NCBI RefSeq assembly: GCF_009914755.1
Contig: NC_060938.1
Direction: 5' to 3' (one strand)
DNA length: 64,000 bases
Source of the DNA: the human T2T-CHM13v2.0 reference genome, Homo sapiens
Shown here one piece after another: positions 29,301 through 43,100 of this stretch (position 1 is its first letter; each line of letters opens with the position of its first letter). The notes under the pieces were generated by a model. That model worked only from the letters and a program-made list of their open reading frames with translations, made no database searches and was not told where the DNA came from. A program made the position numbers and the translations under genes.

Positions 29301-30500
29301 ACTCGGGTTGATTCCATTCCATTCCATTCCATTTTATTCCATTCCATTCCGTTCCATTCCATTCCACTCCATTCCATACAATTCCACTCGGGTTGATTCC
29401 ATACCATTCCATTCCATTCCACTCTGGTAGATTCCTTTCCATTCCATTCCATTCCATTTCATTCCATTCCATTCCATTCCATTCCATTCCACTCCATTCC
29501 ATTCCATTCCATTCCACTCCATTCCAGTCCATTCCATTCCACTCGGGTTAATTCCATTCCATTCCATTCCACTCGAATCGGGTTGATTCCGTTCCATTCC
29601 ATTCCACTCCATTCCACTTTTTTTGATTCCATTCCGTTCCTTTCCATTTCATTCCATACCATTCCATTCCATTCCTTTCCATTCCGTTCCATTCCATTTG
29701 TGTTGATTCCATTCCTTTCCATTCCACTCCATTCCAATCCATTACATTCCTCTTGGGTTGAATCCATTCCTTTCCATTCCAATCCATTCCATTCCTTTCC
29801 AATGCGTTCCATTCCATTCAATTCCACTTGGATTCAATCTATTCTTTCCATTCTATTCCGTTCTGTTCCATTCCATTCCATTGCATTAGATACCATTCCA
29901 TTCCACTCGCGATGACTCCATTCAATTCCATTATATTCCGTTCAATTACTTTGCATTCCATTCCATTCCATTCCACTCGGGTGGATTGCATTCCATTCCA
30001 TTCCATTCCATTCCACTCGGGGTGATTCCATTCCGTTCCTTTCCATTCCATTCCATTCCATTCCATTCCATTCCATTCCATTCCATTCCATTGCACTCCA
30101 TTAAATTGCACTCCACTCCGATTGATTCCATTCCATTTTATTCCATTCCTTTTCACTCGAGTTGATTCCATTCCATTCCTTTCCATTCCATACCATTCCA
30201 CTCGGGTTGATTCCATACCATTCCATTTCATTCCATTCCATGAAATTCCATTCCATTCCACTCCACTCGGTTTGATTCCTTTCCTTTCCATTCCATTCCA
30301 TTCCATTCCATTCCTTTCCATTGCATTCCACTTCATTCCATTCCTTTCCAATCCATTCCATTCCTTTCCATTCCATTCCATTCCATTCCACTCCACTCCA
30401 TTCCATTCCATTCCACTCGGGTTGATTCCATTCCATTCCATTCCAATTCATTCCATTCCATTCCATTCCATTCCATTCCAGTCCACTCCATTCCACTCCA
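26400..30500 (+). repeat. ~1.75 kb HSat3 variant monomer, two full copies plus a partial third
   Basis: 'cactcgagtagattcc' ~26,662/~28,445, 'aacattcgact' ~26,736/~28,513 and 'aatgcacttc' ~27,282/~29,066 (offset ~1,780); 'actcgcgatgactcc' 28,181/~29,905 (offset ~1,724). Confidence 0.8.
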
Positions 30501-33500
30501 TTCCCCTCGCGTTGATTCCATTCCATTCCATTCCAATCCCTTCCATTAGATTCCATTCCATTCCATTCCATTCCATTCCATTCCATTCCATTAGGGTCCA
30601 TTCCATTCCATTCCATTCCATTTATTTCCATTCCATTCCATTCCATTCCATTCCTTTCCATTCCATTCGATTCCATTGCATTCCTTTCCATTCCATTCCA
30701 TTCCATTCCATTCCATTCCACTCCATTCCATTCCAATCCACTCCATTACGTTACTTTCAATTCCACCCGGATTGATTCCATTCCATTCCATTCCAGTTGA
30801 TTCCATTGGATTCGATTCTATTCCATTGCATTCCATTCCATTCCATTCCTCTCGTGTTGATTCCATTCCGTTCCTTTCCATTCCATTCCTTTCCGTTCCA
30901 TTCCATTTGTGTTGATTCCATTCCATTCCACTGCATTCCATTCCATTCCATTCCAATCCATTCCATTCCATTCAATTCCACTCACATTCAATCTATTCCA
31001 TTCCATTTCATTCCGAACTGTTCCATTCCATTCTATTGCATTCCATACCATTCCGTTCCACTCGGGATGATTCCATTCCATTCCATTCCACTCGGGTTGA
31101 TTCCATTACTTTCCATTCCATTCCATTGCATTCCATTCCATTCCATTCCATTCCACTCGGGTTTTTTCCATTCCATTTCTTTCCATTTCATTCTATTCCA
31201 TTCCATTCCATTCCATTCTATTCCATTCCATTCCACTCCATTCCATTCCATTCCTCTCCGGTTATTCCATTCCATTCCACTCCTTTCCACTCGGGTTGTT
31301 TCCATTCCATTCCATTGCATTTTATTCCGTTCCATTCCATTACATTACATTTTCTACCATTCCACTCGGGTTGATTCCATACCATTCTATTCCATTCCAT
31401 TACATTCAATTCCGTTCCATTCCATTCCATTCAATTAAATTCCATTCCATTCCATTCCACTTGGGTAGATTCCATTCCATTCCATTAGTTTCTAATCGGG
31501 ATGATTCCAATCCATTCCATTATATTCAAATCCTTTCCATTCCATGCCATTCCACTCGGTTTGTTTCCATTTTGTTGTATTCCATTCCATTCCATTCCAT
31601 TCCATTCCATTCCATTCCATTCCATGGCATTCCATTCCATTGCATTCCATTCGTGTTGATTCCATTGCATTCCATTCCATTCCACTCCATTCCATTCCAT
31701 TTCATTCCATTCCAGTTGATTCCATTCCCTTCCATTCCATTCCATTCCATTCCACACCACTCCATTCCATTGCATTCCATTCGGGTAGATTCCGTTCCAT
31801 TCCATTCCAATCCATTCCATTCCATTCCATTCCAATCCACTCCATTCCATTCCATTCCCCTCGCGTTGATTCCATTCCATTCAATTCCAATCCATTCCAT
31901 TCCATTCCATTCCATTCCATTCCATTCCATTCCATTCCATTCCATTTGGCTCCATTACATTCCATTCCTTTCCATTCCATTCTATTCCATTCCATTCCTT
32001 TCCTTTCCATTGCATTCCATTCCATTCCATTGCATTCCATTCCATTCCATTGCATTCCATTCCATTCCATTCCATTCCATTCCACTCCATTCCACTCCAT
32101 TCCATTCCACTCCATTCCATTCCATTCCATTCCATTCCACTCCATTCCATTCCATTCCATTCCATTCCACTGCATTCCATTCCATTCCATTCCATTCCAC
32201 TCCATTCCATTCCATTCCATTCCATTGTATTCCATTCCATTCCATTCCATTCCGTTCCATTCCATTCGTGTTGATGCCATTCCAATCCATACCATTCCAT
32301 TGCATACCATTCCATTCCGTTCCATTCCATTCGTGTTCATTCCATTCCCTTCCATTCCACTCCATTCCAATCCATTACATTCCACTCGGGTTGAATCCAT
32401 TCCTTTCCATTCCAATCCATTCCATTCCTTTCCAATCCATTCCATTCCATTCAATTCCACATGGATTCAATCTATTCTTTACATTCCATTCCGTTCTGTT
32501 CCATTCCATTCAATTGCATTAGATACCATTCCTTTCCACTGGGGATGATTCCATTCAATTCGATTATATTGCGTTCAATTCCATTTCATTCCATTCCATT
32601 CTATTCCATTCCACTCGGGTTGATTCCATTCCATTCCATTCCACTCAGGTTGATTCTTTTCCATTCCATTCCATTCCATTCCATTCCATTCCATTCCATT
32701 CCATTCCATTCCATTCCATTCCACTCGGGTTGATTCCATTCCATTCCATTCCTTTCCATTCCATTCCATTCCTTTCCACTCGTCTTGATTCCATTCCATT
32801 CCATTCCATTTTTTCCACTCCACTCTGGTTGATTCCATTCCATTCCATTCCAGTTGATTCCATTCCATTCCATTCCATTTCATTCCATTACATTCCATTC
32901 AATTCCATTCGGGTTGATTCCATTCATTTCCATTCCATTCCATTCCATTCCACTCCATTCCATTACATTCCATTGCACTCTGGTTGATTCCATTCCATTC
33001 CATTCTAATGCATTCCATTCCATTCCATTCCATTCGGGTTCATTCCATTCCATTCCGTTCCATTCCATTCCATTCCATTCCAATCCATTCCTTTGCTTTC
33101 CACTCGGGTTGATTCCATTCCATTCCATTCCATTCCATTCCATTCCATTCCATTCCATTCCATTCCATTCCGTTCCATTCCATTCCATTCGGGTTGATTC
33201 CTTTCCATTCAATTCCATTCCATACCATTAGATTCCACTCCGTTCCATTCCATTCGTTTTGATTCCATTCCATTCCATTCCAGTCCACTCCATTCCTAAA
33301 CATTACATTCCAGTCGGGTGAATCCATTCCATTGCATTCCAATCCCTTCCATTCCATTCCAATCCATTCCATTCCATGCAATTCCACTCGGATTCAGTCT
33401 ATTTCATTCCATTCCATTCCGTTATGTTCCATTGCATTCCATTGCATTCCATACCCTTCCATTCCACTCGGGATGATTCCATTGCATTCCATTCCATTCT

Positions 33501-34129
33501 GTTCCATTCCATCGCATTCCATTCCATTCCATTCCATGCAGGTTGACTCCATTCCATTCCATTCTGTTCCATTCCATTACTTTCCATTTCATTCCATTCC
33601 ATTCCGTTCCATTCCATTCCATTCCATATCCTACCTCTCAGGTTCATTCCATACCATTCCATTCCATTCCATTCCATTCCATTCCATTCGGCTCGATTCC
33701 ATTCCCATCCGTTCCATTCCATTCCATTCAATTCCATTGCATTCCACTCCATTCCATTACATTCCATTCCACTCTGGTTGATTCCATTCCATTCCATTCC
33801 AATCGATTCCATTCCATTGCTTTCCAAGCCATTCCATTACTTTACATTCCACTCGGGTTGATTCCATTCCATTCCATTCCAAACATTTCCACTCCATTCC
33901 ATTCCATTCCGTTGTATTCCATTCCACTCGGGTTCTTTCCATTCCATTCCAGTAATTTCCTTTCCATTCCATTGCATTCCATTCCATTCCATTCCATTGC
34001 ATTCCATTCCATTCCATTTGACTCAGGTTGATTCCGTTCCATTCCATTCCATTCCATGGCATTCCAGTTGATTCCGTTGCATTCCATTCTGTTCCATTCC
34101 ATTCCATTCCACTCTGGTTGATTCCATTC

Positions 34130-37100
34130 CATTTCCATTTTGTTGTATTCCATTCCATTCCATTCCATTTCATTCCATTCCACTCGGGTTGTTTCCATTC
34201 CTTTCCATTAATTTCCATTCCATTCCATTCCATTCCAATCCATTCCTTTTCACTCAAGGTAATTCATTCCATTCCATTCCAATGCATTCCATTCCAGTTG
34301 ATACCATTGCATTGCATTGTTTCCATTCCATTCCATTCCATTCCGTTCCATTCCATTACATTACATTCCACTCGGTTTTATTCATTTCCGTTCCATTCCA
34401 TTCCATTCCATTCCATTCCTCTCGGGTTGATTCCATTCCATTCCATGCCCCTTTATTCCATTCGATTCCATTCGATTCCATTCCATTCGATTCCATTCCA
34501 TTCCATTCCATTCCATACCATTCCACCAAAGTTGATTACATGCTATTCCGTTCCATTCCATTCCATTGCATTCCTTTCCACTTGGGTTGATATCATTCCA
34601 TTCAATTCCTTTCCATTCCGTTCCGTTCCGTTCCATTCCATTCCATTACATTCCATTTCATTCCATTGCATTCCACTCAGGTTGATTCCATTCCATTCCA
34701 CTCCATTCCATTCCATTCCATTCCATTCCATTCCATTCCATTCCATTCCATTCCGTAACCTTCGGATTGATTCCTTTCCATTCCATTCCATTCCATACCA
34801 TTCCACTCCATTCTGTTCCATTCCATTCGAGTTGATTCTGTTCCATTCCATGCCCTTTTTTTCCATTCCATTCCATTCCATTCCTTTCCATTCCATTCCA
34901 TTCCTTACCATTCCTCCAAAGTTGATTGCATGTTATTCCATTCCATTCCATTCCATTCCATTCCATTCCTTTCCACTTGGGTTGATATCATTCCATTCAA
35001 TTCCGTTCCATTCCGTTCCATTCCGTTCCATTCCATTACATTCCATTCCATTTCATTCCATTGCATTCCACTCAGGTTGATTCCATTCCATTACACTCCA
35101 TTCCACTCCATTCCATTCCTTTCCATTCCATTCCATTCCATTCCATTCCATTCTGTAACATTCGGATAGATTCCTTTCCATTCCATTCCATTCCATACCA
35201 TTCCACTCCATTCTGTTCCATTCCATTCCAGTTGATTCTGTTCCATTCCATGCCCTTTTTTTCCATTCCATTCCATTCCATTCCTTACCATTCCACCAAA
35301 GTTGATTGCATGTTATTCCATTCCATTCCATTCCATTCCATTCCATTCCATTCCATTCCATTCCTTTCCACTCGGGTTGATTCCATTCCATTCAATTCCG
35401 TTCCATTCCGTTCCATTCCATTGCATTCCACTCTGGTTGATTCCATTCCTTTCCATTCCATTCCATTCCATTCAATTCCATCCCCTTCGGGTTGATTCCT
35501 TTCCATTCCATTCCATTCCATATCATTCCACTCCATTCCGCTCCATTCCATTCGGGTTGATTCCGTTCCATTCCATGCCCTTTTATTCCATTCCATTCCT
35601 TTCTATTCCATTCCATTCCATACCATGCCACCAAAGTTGATTGCATGTTATTCCATTCCATTCCATTCCATTCCATTCCATTCCATTCCATTCCATTCCA
35701 TTCCATTCAATTCCATTCCATTCCATTCCTTTCCACTCGGGTTGATTCCATTCCATTCAATTCCGTTCCGTTCCGTTCCGTTCCGTTCCATTCCATTCCA
35801 TTTCATTCCATGGCATTCCACTTGGGTTGATTCCATTCCATTCCATTCCATTCCATTCCATTCCATACCCTTCGGGTTGATTCCTTTCCATTCCATTCCA
35901 TTCCATACCATTCCACTCATTCCATTCCATTCGGGTTGATTCCATTCCATTCCGTTCCGTTCCATTCCATTCCATACCATTCCACTACGGTTGATTCCAT
36001 GCCATTCCATTCCATTGCATTCCATTCCATTCCATTCCACTCGGGTTGATTCCATTCCATTCCTTTCCAATCCCTTCCATTCCATTACATTCCATTCCAT
36101 TCCATTCCACTCGGGTTGATTCCATTCCATTCCATTCCATTCCATTCCATTCCATTCCATTCCATTCCATTACATTACATTCCACTCCATTCCTTTACAT
36201 TCCATTCTACTCTGGTTAATTCCGTTCCATTCAATTCCAATCCATTCCATTCCATTCCATTCCATTGGGGTCCATTCCATTCCATTCCATTCCGTTCCGT
36301 TCCTTTACATTCCATTCAATTCCATTCCGTTCCGTTCCCTTCCTTTCCATTCCATTCTATTCCATTCCATTCCATTCCATTCCATTCCATTCCATTCCAT
36401 TCCACTCGAGTTGATTCCATTACATTCCATTCCATTCCGTTCCGTGCCATTCCATTCCGTTCCATTCCATTCCATTCCATTCCATTCCATTAAATTCCAT
36501 TCCATTCCATTCCATTCCATTCCATTACTTTCAAATCGGGTTGATTCTAATCCATTCCATTACATTCAAGTCTTTCCATTCCATGTCATTCCTCTTGGGT
36601 TGTTTCCATTCCGTTGAATTCCATTCCATTCCATTCTATTCCATTCCATTCCATTCCATTCCAATCCATTCCATTGCTTTCCATTCCACTCGGGTTGTTT
36701 CCATTCCATTTCATTAGTTTCTATTCCATTCCATTGCATTCCATTCCATTCCATTTCACTCAGGTTGATTCTGTTCCATTCCATTGTATTCCATTCCAGT
36801 TGATTCCATTGCATTCCATTCCTTTCCATTCTTATGTATTCCATTATATTCCGTTACGCTCGTGTTGATTCCATTCCATTCCAATCCATTCCATTCCATT
36901 CCATTTAAATCCTTTCTATTCCTTTCAATTTCATTCCATTCCATTCCTTTCCTCTCGGGTTGATTCCATTCCATTCCTTTCCATTCCGTTCCATTCCTTT
37001 CCATTCCATTCCATTCCATTCCATTCCATTGCATTCCACTCGGGGTGATTCCATTCCATTCCATTCCATTCCATTCCATTCCATTCCATTCCATTCCATT

Positions 37101-40100
37101 TCATTCCACTCCATTGCATTCCATTTGGGTTGGTACCTTTCCATTCCATTCCATTCCATACCATTCCATTCCATTCTGTTCCTTTCCATTCGGGTTGACT
37201 CCATTCCATTCCATTCCATTCCATTCCATTCCATTCCATTCCATCCCATCCCATTCCATTCCATTCCATTCCATTCCATTCCATCCCATCCCATTCCATT
37301 CCATTCCATCCCATTCCATTCCATTCCATTCCATTTCATTCCATTCCATTGCATTCCATTTGGGTTGATACCTTAAAATTCCATTCCATTCCATACCATT
37401 CCATTCCATTCCGTTCCATTCCATTCAGGTTGATTCCATTCCATTCCTTTCCATTCCTTTCCATTCCATTCCATTCCATTCCATTGAATTCCACTCCATT
37501 CCAATCCATTACATTCCACTCAGGTTGAATCCATTCCATTCCATTCCAATGCATTCCATTTTATTCAGTTCCACTCGGATTCAATCAACTCCATTCCATT
37601 CTATTCCATTCTATTGCATTTCATTCCATTAAATTCTACTCAGGTTGATTCCATTCCATTCCATTCCATTCCATTCCATTCCATTCCATTCCACTCGGGT
37701 TGATTCAATTCCGTTCCTTTCCATTTCATTCCATTCTATTCCATTCCATTCCATTCCACTCGGGTTGATTCCATTCCATTCCATTCCATTGCATACCGTT
37801 CCATTCCATTCAACTCGGGTTGATTCCATTCCATTCCATTCCACTCGCATTCAATCTATTCCTTTCCATTTCATTCCGTTCTGTTCCATTCCATTCTATT
37901 GCATACCATACCATTCCATTCCACTCGGGATGATTCCATTCCATTCCATTATATTCCGTTGCATTCCATTCCATTCCATTCCACTCCGGTTGATTCCATT
38001 CCATTCCATTCCATTCCATTGCATTCCATTCCATTCCACTCGAGTTTTTTCCATTGCATTCCTTTCCATTTCATTCTATTCCATTCCATTCCATTCCATT
38101 CCATTCAATTCCATTCCATTCCACTTCATTCCATTCCATTACTCTCTGGTTATTCCATTCCATTCCATTCCATTCCACTCGGGTTGTTTCCATTCCATTC
38201 CATTCCATTTTATTCCATTCCATTCCGTTCCATTACATTCAATTCTATACCATTCCACTCGGGTTGATTCCATACCATTCTATTCCATTCCATTCCATTA
38301 AATTCCATTCCATTCCATTCCACTCGGGTAGATTCCATTCCATTCCATTCCATTCCATTCCATTCCATTAAATTCCATTGCATTCCATTCCATTCCGTTA
38401 AATTGCATTCCATTCCATTCCATTCCATTAAATTTCATTCCATTCCATTCCATTCCATTCCATTCCATTCCATTACTTTCTAATCGGGTTGATTCCAATC
38501 CATTCCATTATATTCAAATCCTTTCCATTAAATGCCATTCCACTCGTGTTGTTTCCATTTTGTTGTATTCCATTCCTTTCCATTCCATTGCATTCCATTC
38601 CATTCTATTGCATTCCATTCCACTCGGGTTTTTTCCATTCCGTTCCATTAGTTTCCATTCCATTCCATTCCTTTCCATTCCATTCCACTCATGGTGATTC
38701 CATTCCTTTCCTTTCCAATTCATTCCATTCCAGCTGATACCATTGCATTGTATTGTTTCCTTTCCATTCCATTCCATTCCATTCCACTCGGTTTGATTCA
38801 TTTCCATTCCATTCCATTCCATTCCTCTCGGGTTGATTCCATTCCATTCCATGCCCTTTTATTCCATTCCATTCCATTCCATTCCATTCCATACCATTCC
38901 AGCAAAGTTGATTGCATGCTATTCCATTCCATTCCGTTCCATTCCATTCCATTCCATTCCGTTCCTTTCCACTTGGGTTGATTCCATTCCATTCAATTCC
39001 GTTCTGTTCCGTTCCTTTCTGTTCCATTCCATTCCATTCCATTCCATTGCATTCCACTGGGGTTGATTCCATTCCATTCCATTCCATTCCATTCCATTCC
39101 ATTCCATTCAATTCCATTCGGGTTGATTCCTTTCCATTCCATTCCATTCCATACCATTCCACTCCATTCCGTTCAATTCCATTCGGGTTGATTCTGTTCC
39201 ATTCCATGCCCTTTTATTCCATTCCATTCCATTCCATACCATTCCACCAAAGTTGATTGCATGTTATTCCATTCCATTCCATTCCTTTCCACTCGGGTTG
39301 ATTCCATTCCATTCAATTCCGTTCCGTTCCGTTCCGTTCCTTTCCATTCCATTCCATTCCGTTTCATTCCATTGCATTCCACTCGGTTGATTCCATTCCT
39401 TTCCATTCCATTCCATTCCATTCAATTCCATACCCTTCGGGTTGATTCCTTTGCATTCCATTCCATTCCATACCATTCCACTCCATTCCGCTCCATCCCA
39501 TTCGTGTTGATTCCGTTCCATTGCATGCCCTTTTATTCCATTCCATTCCATTCCATTCCATACCAATCCACTCCATTCCGCTCCATTCCATTTGGGTTGA
39601 TTCCGTTCCATTCCTTGCCCTTTTATTCCATTCCATTCCATTCCATTCCATACCAATCCACTCCATTCCGCTCCATTCCATTTGGGTTGATTCCGTTCCA
39701 TTCCATGCCCTTTTATTCGATTCCATTCCATTCCTTTCCATTCCATTCCATTCCATTCCATTCCATACCATTCCACCAAAGTTGATTGCATGTTATTCCA
39801 TTCCATTCCATTCCATTCCATTCCATTCCATTCCATTCAATTCCATTCCATTCCATTCCATTCCATTCAATTCCATTCCATTCCATTCCATTCCTTTCCA
39901 CTCGGGTTGATTCCATTCTATTCAATTCCGTTCTGTTCTGTTCCGTTCCGTTCCATTCCAGTCCATTTCATTCCATTGCATTCCACTCGGGTTGATTCCA
40001 TTCCTTTCCATTCCATTCCATTCCATTCAATTCCACACCCTTCGGGTTGATTCCTTTCCACTCCATTCCATTCCATATCATTCCACTCCATTCCGCTCCA

Positions 40101-43100
40101 TTCTATTCGGGTTGATTCTGTTCTGTTCCATCCCCCTTTATTCCATTGCATTCCATTCCATTCTATTCCATTCCATTCCATACCATTCCACCAAAGTTGA
40201 TTGCATGTTATTCCATTCCATTCCATTCCATTCCATTCCATTCCTTTCCACTTGGATTGACTCCATTCCATTCAATTCCGTTCCGTTCCATTCCGTTCCG
40301 TTCCATTCCATTCCATTTCATTCCATTGCATTCCACTCGGGTTGATTTCATTCCATTCCATTCCATTCCAATCCATTCCATTGCTTTCCTTTCCACTCGG
40401 GTTGTTTCCATTCCATTTCATTAGATTCCATTCCATTCCATTTCATTCCATTTATTCCATTCCATTCCATTTCACTCAGGTTGATTCTGTTCCATTCCAT
40501 TGTATTCCACTCCAGTTGATTCCACTGCATTCCATTCCTTTCCATTCCTATGTATTCCATTACATTCCATTACACTCATGTTCATTCCATTCCATTTCTA
40601 TCCATTCCATTCCATTCCATTCCCTTCCATTCCATTCCATAGCATTCCACAAAGTTTGATTCCATACCATTCCATTGCATTTCATTCCTTTCCTTTCCAT
40701 TCCAATCCATTCCATTCCATTCGATTTAAATCCTTTCTATTCCTTTCCATTTCATTCCATTCCATTCCTTTCCTCTCGGGTTGATTCCATTCCATTCCTT
40801 TCAATTCCGTTCCATTCCGTTCCGTTCCATTCCATTCCATTCCATTCCATTCCATTGCATTCCACTCGGGGTGATTTAATTCCATTCCATTCCATTCCAT
40901 TCCATTCCATTCCATTCCATTCCATTCCACTTCATTCCATTCCATTGCTTTCCATTTGGGTTGATAACTTTCCATTCCATTCCATTGCATTCCATTTGGG
41001 TTGATACCTTTCCATTCCATTCCATTCCATACCATTCCATTCCATTCTGTTCCATTCCATTCGTGTTGACTCCATTCCATTCCATTCCATTCCATTCCAT
41101 TCCATTCCATTCCACTCCATTCCATTCCACTCCATTCCATCCCATTCCATCCCATTCCATTCCATTCCATTCCATTTCATTCCATTCCATTTCATTTCAT
41201 TTGGGTTGATACCTTTCCATTCCATTCCATTCCATTCCATTCCATTCCGTTCCATTCCATTCAGGTTGACTCCATTCCATTCCATTCCATTCCATTGCAT
41301 TCCACTCCATTCCAATCTATTATATTCCACTCAGGTTGAATACATTCCATTCCATTTCAATGCATTCCATTTTATTCAGTTCCACTCGGATTCAATCAAT
41401 TCCATTCCATTCCATTCCATTCTATTGCATTTCATTCCATTCCATTCTACTCAGGTTGATTCCATTCCATTCAATTCCATTCCATTCCACTCGGGTTGAT
41501 TCAATTCCGTTCCTTTCCATTTCATTCCATTCTATTCCATTCCATTCCATTCCACTCGGGTTGATTCCATTCCATTCCATTAGATTGCATTCCGTTCCAT
41601 TCCATTAAACTCGGGTTGATGCCATTCCATTCCATTCCACTCGCATTCAATTTATTCCATTCCATTTCATTCCGTTCTGTTCCATTCCATTCTATTGCAT
41701 TCCATACCATTCCATTCCACTCGGGATGATTCCATTCCCTTCCATTATATTCCGTTCCATTCCATTCCATTCCATTCCACTCCGGTTGATTCCATTCCAT
41801 TCCATTCCTTTACATTCCATTCCATTCCATTCCACTCGGGTTCTTTCCATTCCATTCCTTTCCATTTCATTCTATTCCATTCCATTCCATTCCATTCCAT
41901 TCCATTCCTCTCCGGTTATTCCATTCCATTCCATTCCACTCGGGTTGTTTCCATTCCATTCCATTCCATTCCATTTTATTCCATTCCATTCCGTTCCATT
42001 TCATTCCATTCTATACCATTCCACTCGGGTTGATTCCATACCATTGGATTCCATTCCATTCCATTAAATTCCATGCCATTCCATTCCACTCGGGTAGATT
42101 CCATTCTATTCCATTCCATTCCATTCCATTCCATTCCATTAAATTCCTTTCCATTCCATTCCACTTGGGTATATTCCATTCCATTCCATTCCATTCCATT
42201 CCATTCCATTCCATTCCATTATTTTCTAATCGGGTTGATTCCAATCCATTCCATTATATTCAAATCCTTTCCATTCCATGACATTGCACTCGGGTTGTTT
42301 CCATTTTGTTGTATTCCATTCCATTCCATTCCATTCCATTCCATTGCATTCCATTCCACTCGGGTTTTTTCCATTCCGTTCCATTAGTTTCCATTCTATT
42401 CCATTCCTTTCCATTCCATTCCACTCATGGTGATTCCATTCCTTTCCATTCCAATTCATTCCATTCCAGTTGATACCATTGCATTGCATTGTTTCCATTC
42501 CATTCCATTCCATTCCATTCCATTCCATTCCATTCCACTCGGTTTGATTCATTTCCATTCCATTCCATTCCATTCCTCTCGGGTTGATTCCATTCCATTC
42601 CATGCCCTTTTATTCCATTGCATTCCATTCCATTCCATTCCATTCCATACCATTCCAACAAAGTTGATTGCATGCTCTTCCATTCCACTCCATTCCGTTC
42701 CATTCCATTCGGGTTGATTCCGTTCCATTCCATGCCCTTTTATTCCATTCCATTCCATTCCATTCCTTTCCATTCCATTACATACCATTCCACCAAAGTT
42801 GATTGCATGTTATTCCATTCCACTCCATTCCATTCTATTCCATTCAATTCAATTCCATTCCATTCCATTCCATTCCTTTCCACTCGGGTTGTTTCCATTC
42901 CATTCAATTACATTCGATTCCATTCCATTCCATTCCATTCCATACCATTCTTCTCAGGTTCATTCCATACCATACCATTCCATTCCATTCCATTCCATTC
43001 CATTCCATTCCATTCCAGTCGATTCCATTCCCATCCGTTCCATTCCATTCCATTCAATTCCATTGCATTCCACTCCATTCCATTACATTCCATTCCACTC

